The notes under the pieces were generated by a model. The model made no database searches. It saw only the letters and a program-made list of their open reading frames with translations, and was not told the origin of the DNA. A DNA stretch of 44,023 bases. Origin: a virus (Duplodnaviria; Caudoviricetes). The position numbers and the translations under genes were made by a program. Below are positions 40,504 through 44,023 of this stretch, piece after piece; positions within the stretch are counted from its first letter, which is position 1; every line of letters begins with the position of its first letter. The stretch is from positions 1 through 44,023 of the IMG/VR virus record IMGVR_UViG_3300030620_000014. One strand, written 5' to 3'.

Positions 40504-42092
40504 CCAAGCACGCAACGCTCGGGGCGTCGTCGTCCCACAGGTGGATGGAGTGCCCGGGTGCGCCCGGGCTCGCGGAGCGTGAGGGTCTCGAGTCGACATC
40601 CTCCAGCTACGCTCGAGAGGGGTCGGCGGCTCACGAGATCGCCGCCCGGTGTCTCGACCGGAAGGTCGATCCCGACATCTACGTTGACACCCTCGTCGAG
40701 ATCGAGGGGGAGACGATCGAGGTGACGGAGGAGATGGCCGAGGCCGTGGCGGTGTACGTCAACGCGGTGCGCGCGGCCCTGCACAAGGCGGGGCCGACCG
40801 CGGAGTTGTTCGTCGAGCGGACGTTTGACCTCGCGCCGCTCAACCCGCCGGCCCCGATGTTCGGGACTGCGGACGCCGTGATCTGGCGCCCGGCCGTGCC
40901 GGCTCAGAAGGCGAACATCAACGGGCGCCCGGTGGTCATCTCGCCCAAGGCCGCCATACTCGAGGTGTTCGACCTCAAGTATGGACAGGGCGTGGTGGTC
41001 GAGGTGACGGGCAACTCGCAGATGCGCTATTACGCCCTCGGCGCGGTAGTCGCGACGGAGCAGCGGCCGGAGCGGATACGGGTGCATGTCATCCAGCCCC
41101 GCGCGCCGCACCCGGACGGTCCGCACCGCACGGAGGAACTGACGTGGGGGATGCTGACCGAGTTCAAGCGGGAGTTGTTCGCGGCGGCCGAGGCAACCCT
41201 CGACCCGCACGCCCCGCTGGTGGCCGGCGAGCATTGCCGGTTCTGCCCGGCGTCGGCCGTCTGCCCTGCCCGTCAGGACATGGCAGAGGAGGTGGTCAAT
41301 GCGGAGTTCGGCGCCCTCGCGGTGGTGGACCAGCCGGAGGCGATGCTGCCCGTGCCGGCAGCGATGGACCTCGCGCAGCAACAGCGGGTGATGGAACTGG
41401 CCCCGGTGATCGAGGACTGGTTCTCCGCGGTGCGCGAGCACGTCAAGCTCCAGACGGAAGCCGGCGTGGACACCGGGTACAAGCTGGTGCCGAAGCGGGC
41501 CACGCGGCGGTGGCGCGACGAGGAGTCCGCGACCAACTGGCTCGAGAATCATCTCGGGGACGAGGCGTACACGCGCAAGCTCCAGTCGCCATATCAGGCG
41601 GAGCGGAGGCTGAAGAAGCTCGGGCTCGCGCTCCCGGATGACGCCGTGATCGCGGTGTCCGGCGGGACGAACCTCGTGCCGCTGGACGACCCGAGGGAAG
41701 CGGTCGCGTTGCCGGCCGCGCCGGACGATGAGTTCGAGCCGATCGTGCCCGAGGACGTGCCAGATGGCACGATCCCGGTCGACGGTCCGAACCCGGTGGA
41801 AGGGCCGGACCCTCTCGAAGGTCTGGACTTCGGGGAGATGGACGTTCCTGTCCAGAAAGAGGGGTCGGAGTTCGCGGACTATCAGCCGGACACGGGCAAC
41901 GTGGCGGTGGATGAACCAGAACTGGAGGAGACGATCGACGACATCATAGACGCTGTGCGGTGGAGAGTCGAGACGCCGGACGGCGACGTGTGGGAGGGCG
42001 AAGCGGCGAACGAGGCGGACGCGCGCAGGGTTGCGCGGCAGAGCTTCGACACGGGCCGGCTGCCGAATCACACGAAGGCCACTCGACTGTAG
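40500..42092 (+). CDS. Cas4-like PD-(D/E)XK exonuclease (DUF2800) with an acidic C-terminal extension
   Basis: HATLGASSSHRWMECPG, EGSAAHE, FGTADA, DLKYGQG, NSQMRYYALG and GEHCRFCPASAVCPA. Confidence 0.9.
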   Translation: MTKHATLGASSSHRWMECPGAPGLAEREGLESTSSSYAREGSAAHEIAARCLDRKVDPDIYVDTLVEIEGETIEVTEEMAEAVAVYVNAVRAALHKAGPTAELFVERTFDLAPLNPPAPMFGTADAVIWRPAVPAQKANINGRPVVISPKAAILEVFDLKYGQGVVVEVTGNSQMRYYALGAVVATEQRPERIRVHVIQPRAPHPDGPHRTEELTWGMLTEFKRELFAAAEATLDPHAPLVAGEHCRFCPASAVCPARQDMAEEVVNAEFGALAVVDQPEAMLPVPAAMDLAQQQRVMELAPVIEDWFSAVREHVKLQTEAGVDTGYKLVPKRATRRWRDEESATNWLENHLGDEAYTRKLQSPYQAERRLKKLGLALPDDAVIAVSGGTNLVPLDDPREAVALPAAPDDEFEPIVPEDVPDGTIPVDGPNPVEGPDPLEGLDFGEMDVPVQKEGSEFADYQPDTGNVAVDEPELEETIDDIIDAVRWRVETPDGDVWEGEAANEADARRVARQSFDTGRLPNHTKATRL

Positions 42093-42154
42093 GTTGACTC
42101 GCCCGGCCTGTGACCGGGCACAACAGGGAAACCGAGAACAAGGGAAGCAAGGCA

Positions 42155-42847
42155 ATGAGTCAGCAAGAGATTCTCAAGGAGAAGGTCGTCACGCCGGAGT
42201 GCATCCTCTCGTACCCGGCGCTGCTCGCGCCGCGAGAGGCGAACTACGACAATGACGACGGGAAGTCCGACGCGAAGTACAGCGCGGCGCTCGTGTTCAC
42301 GAAGGGGAACGACGAACTCGAGGACGCGGACCTGCGTGAGATGAAGTCCGTCGCGCTCCGGGTCGCGCAGTCGCGCTGGCCCAAGGCCGTGGAGATGATC
42401 CGTGCGGGCAAGCTTCGGTGGCCGTTCCGCGAGGACGCGGACGACATCGAAGAGAAGGGCTACGACGAGGTGAACGCAATCGCGTTCGTCAACGCGAGCA
42501 CGAAGCAGCGCCCACAGGTGGTGGGGGCGTTCGTGGACCCGGCGACGGGCAAGCTGGTCGTGATCGACAATGCCGAGCAGATTTACGCTGGCGTGATCGC
42601 CCGGGCCAGTCTGACGGCGTACACCTACGACGTGAAGGGGAATAAGGGCGTGACGTTCGGACTGAACAACGTCCAGATCATCCGGGACGGCACCCGTATC
42701 GATGGGCGCTCGTCCGCCAACACGGACTTCGAGGCGCTGGCCGAGGCCCCGAGCCTCGCGGACTTCGAGGACCCGGCGTCTGATCCGATGGCCGGAGTCG
42801 CCGAGGAGTCGGCCGGACCGAACCCGCTCGCGGACTTGATGGACTGA
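42155..42847 (+). CDS. Single-stranded DNA-binding protein (DUF2815, T7 gp2.5-like)
   Basis: LSYPAL, KYSAAL, IYAG, GNKGVTFGLNNVQ and an acidic tail. Confidence 0.9.
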   Translation: MSQQEILKEKVVTPECILSYPALLAPREANYDNDDGKSDAKYSAALVFTKGNDELEDADLREMKSVALRVAQSRWPKAVEMIRAGKLRWPFREDADDIEEKGYDEVNAIAFVNASTKQRPQVVGAFVDPATGKLVVIDNAEQIYAGVIARASLTAYTYDVKGNKGVTFGLNNVQIIRDGTRIDGRSSANTDFEALAEAPSLADFEDPASDPMAGVAEESAGPNPLADLMD

Positions 42848-42884
42848 GCGCCATCGGGGAGTCGTCTGAGTCAGACGTGTGAGC

Positions 42885-42975
42885 GGCGACAGGGAGAGGC
42901 AGTCAGATAAGAGGCGGACTGAACCGGGTCCGGGTACTACGCTCGGAGACAAGGCGCCCGCCTCTCCCTGTCACC
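42885..42975 (+). ncRNA. Candidate structured RNA (13-bp closing stem enclosing two hairpins)
   Basis: GACAGGGAGAGGC (42888-42900) pairs with GCCTCTCCCTGTC (42960-42972); internal hairpins CAGTC/GACTG and TCCGGGT/GCTCGGA. Confidence 0.45.
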
Positions 42976-42982
42976 TTGGGCC

Positions 42983-43094
42983 TGCGGGGTGGCGAAATGG
43001 TAGACGCACCGGGTAATCCCCGGATGTCGGAAGAACACCGCGGGACGCCTAGGACCCGGGTGCCGATGTGCAGGTTCGAGTCCTGCCCCCGCAA
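42983..43094 (+). tRNA. tRNA-Leu-like RNA with about 34 extra nt in the anticodon arm
   Basis: Acceptor TGCGGGG/CCCCGCA plus discriminator A, Leu-type D arm GCGAAATGGTAGACGC, T arm GCAGG-TTCGAGT-CCTGC, anticodon stem CCGGG/CCCGG enclosing 41 nt; no encoded CCA. Confidence 0.7.
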
Positions 43095-43108
43095 CTTTGG
43101 TGGCGACG

Positions 43109-43138
43109 TATGACCACTTATGTCCACTTATGACAACG
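43109..43138. promoter_or_regulatory. Three 10-bp phased direct repeats upstream of polA (operator-like)
   Basis: TATGACCACT TATGTCCACT TATGACAACG. Confidence 0.5.
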
Positions 43139-43157
43139 ATCGGAGACATCAAAGCCC

Positions 43158-44023
43158 ATGACTATGAGCGTCGACTTCGAGACCCGATCGCCGGTGGATC
43201 TACCCAAGGCGGGTGTCTACGCCTACAGCGAGGACCCGGACACCGACATCCTCTGTATGTCCTACGCCTTCGGTGACGAGGAGCCGGAGACGTGGCGCCC
43301 CGGGGAGCCGATGCCGGCTCGCGTGCGAGAGCACGTAGAGTCTGGCGGCGAGATCCGGGCGTGGAACGCGACCTTCGAGCGCGTCTTGTGGTGGGTAGTC
43401 CTCACGCCCCGGTATGGCTTTCCGCGTCCGCGGGCAGAGCAGTTTGTCTGCACCGCGGCTGAGGCCCGGGCGATGAACTTGCCGGGCAGTCTCGCGTGGG
43501 CGGCCGAGGTGACTGGTGTTTCACACCGGAAAGACACGGAGGGGCATCGGCTGATGCTCAAGCTGTCGAGCCCGGTGGGGAAGAACCCGAAGCCTCCCTA
43601 TGAATGGCACGAGGACCCGGCGGACCTGCGCCGGCTCGTCGAGTACTGCGAGCAGGACGTCAGGACGGAGCGGGCTATCGCCCGGGTGTTGGTCCGCCTC
43701 TCGCCGGTGGAACGAGCAATCTACCTGCTCGACCAACGGATTAACGACCGGGGGGTCCGTGCCGACCTCCCCCTTGTCGACGCCATGTCGGCCGTGGTGG
43801 AGGACGCCATGACCGAGGCGGGGGTGCGGCTGGACCAGTTGACTGACGGTGTGGTCACGGCCGTGACTCAGACCGCCCGCATCAAAGAGTGGTGCAACCG
43901 CCGGTTCGTGGAGGAGGAGATCACGGAACAGCGGACGGGCACCGTGCTGATACAGGGCGAGGAGGTGGAGACGACGGAGCGCGTTCCGTTCCGCATCCCC
44001 GGCGTGGCGAAGAACGTCCTCCG
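43158..44023 (+). CDS. polA: Family A DNA polymerase, N-terminal 3'-5' exonuclease part (continues into 1-1290; not in the ORF track)
   Basis: My translation gives MTMSVDFETRS (Exo I), AWNATFER (Exo II), YCEQDV (Exo III) and DQRINDRG; the frame is open to the window end. Confidence 0.93.
   Translation, partial: MTMSVDFETRSPVDLPKAGVYAYSEDPDTDILCMSYAFGDEEPETWRPGEPMPARVREHVESGGEIRAWNATFERVLWWVVLTPRYGFPRPRAEQFVCTAAEARAMNLPGSLAWAAEVTGVSHRKDTEGHRLMLKLSSPVGKNPKPPYEWHEDPADLRRLVEYCEQDVRTERAIARVLVRLSPVERAIYLLDQRINDRGVRADLPLVDAMSAVVEDAMTEAGVRLDQLTDGVVTAVTQTARIKEWCNRRFVEEEITEQRTGTVLIQGEEVETTERVPFRIPGVAKNVL
43887..44023. repeat. Terminal direct repeat, right copy
   Basis: Matches 1-137 with one mismatch. 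Confidence 0.95.

Noticed and set aside
42850-42980. Hammerhead ribozyme, tRNA-Sec or tmRNA
   Set aside because: No CUGANGA/GAAA core on either strand, no T-loop, and too short for tmRNA.

Overview
This window is an apparently complete, circularly assembled, GC-rich dsDNA phage genome of about 43,886 bp. Positions 1-137 repeat at 43887-44023 with one mismatch, and the family A DNA polymerase gene runs across the join. It has two oppositely oriented arms. The + strand early/replication arm (about 32518-44023, then 1-5033) carries small early genes, a pentapeptide-repeat protein, a sigma70-region-4-like protein, a DnaQ/RNase H-like exonuclease, an XRE HTH protein, a PD-(D/E)XK nuclease, an SNF2 helicase, a 5'-nucleotidase, a DUF2800 Cas4-like nuclease, a DUF2815 SSB, a tRNA-like RNA, PolA, a primpol-helicase, a DUF5664 dNTPase and a CREST/ceramidase-like membrane hydrolase. 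The - strand late arm (31609-5089) has podovirus-type morphogenesis genes: TerS, TerL, portal, scaffold, DUF5309 capsid, adaptor, fibres, nozzle and ejection proteins. It also carries a GH108 lysin, holin-like genes, a sulfotransferase and a glycosyltransferase. The arms diverge from a repeat-rich non-coding region with a sigma54-type promoter and converge on a strong hairpin at 5046-5082. No integrase or CRISPR array was seen. The most striking unexplained signal is that late genes end overwhelmingly in TAG and form long same-frame chains separated only by TAG (7 genes over 10.3 kb, 4 over 3.7 kb, 3 over 2.2 kb). The genome also encodes a tRNA-Leu-like RNA with an expanded anticodon arm containing CCTAGGA. 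All family assignments come from motif recognition by eye, not database searches.
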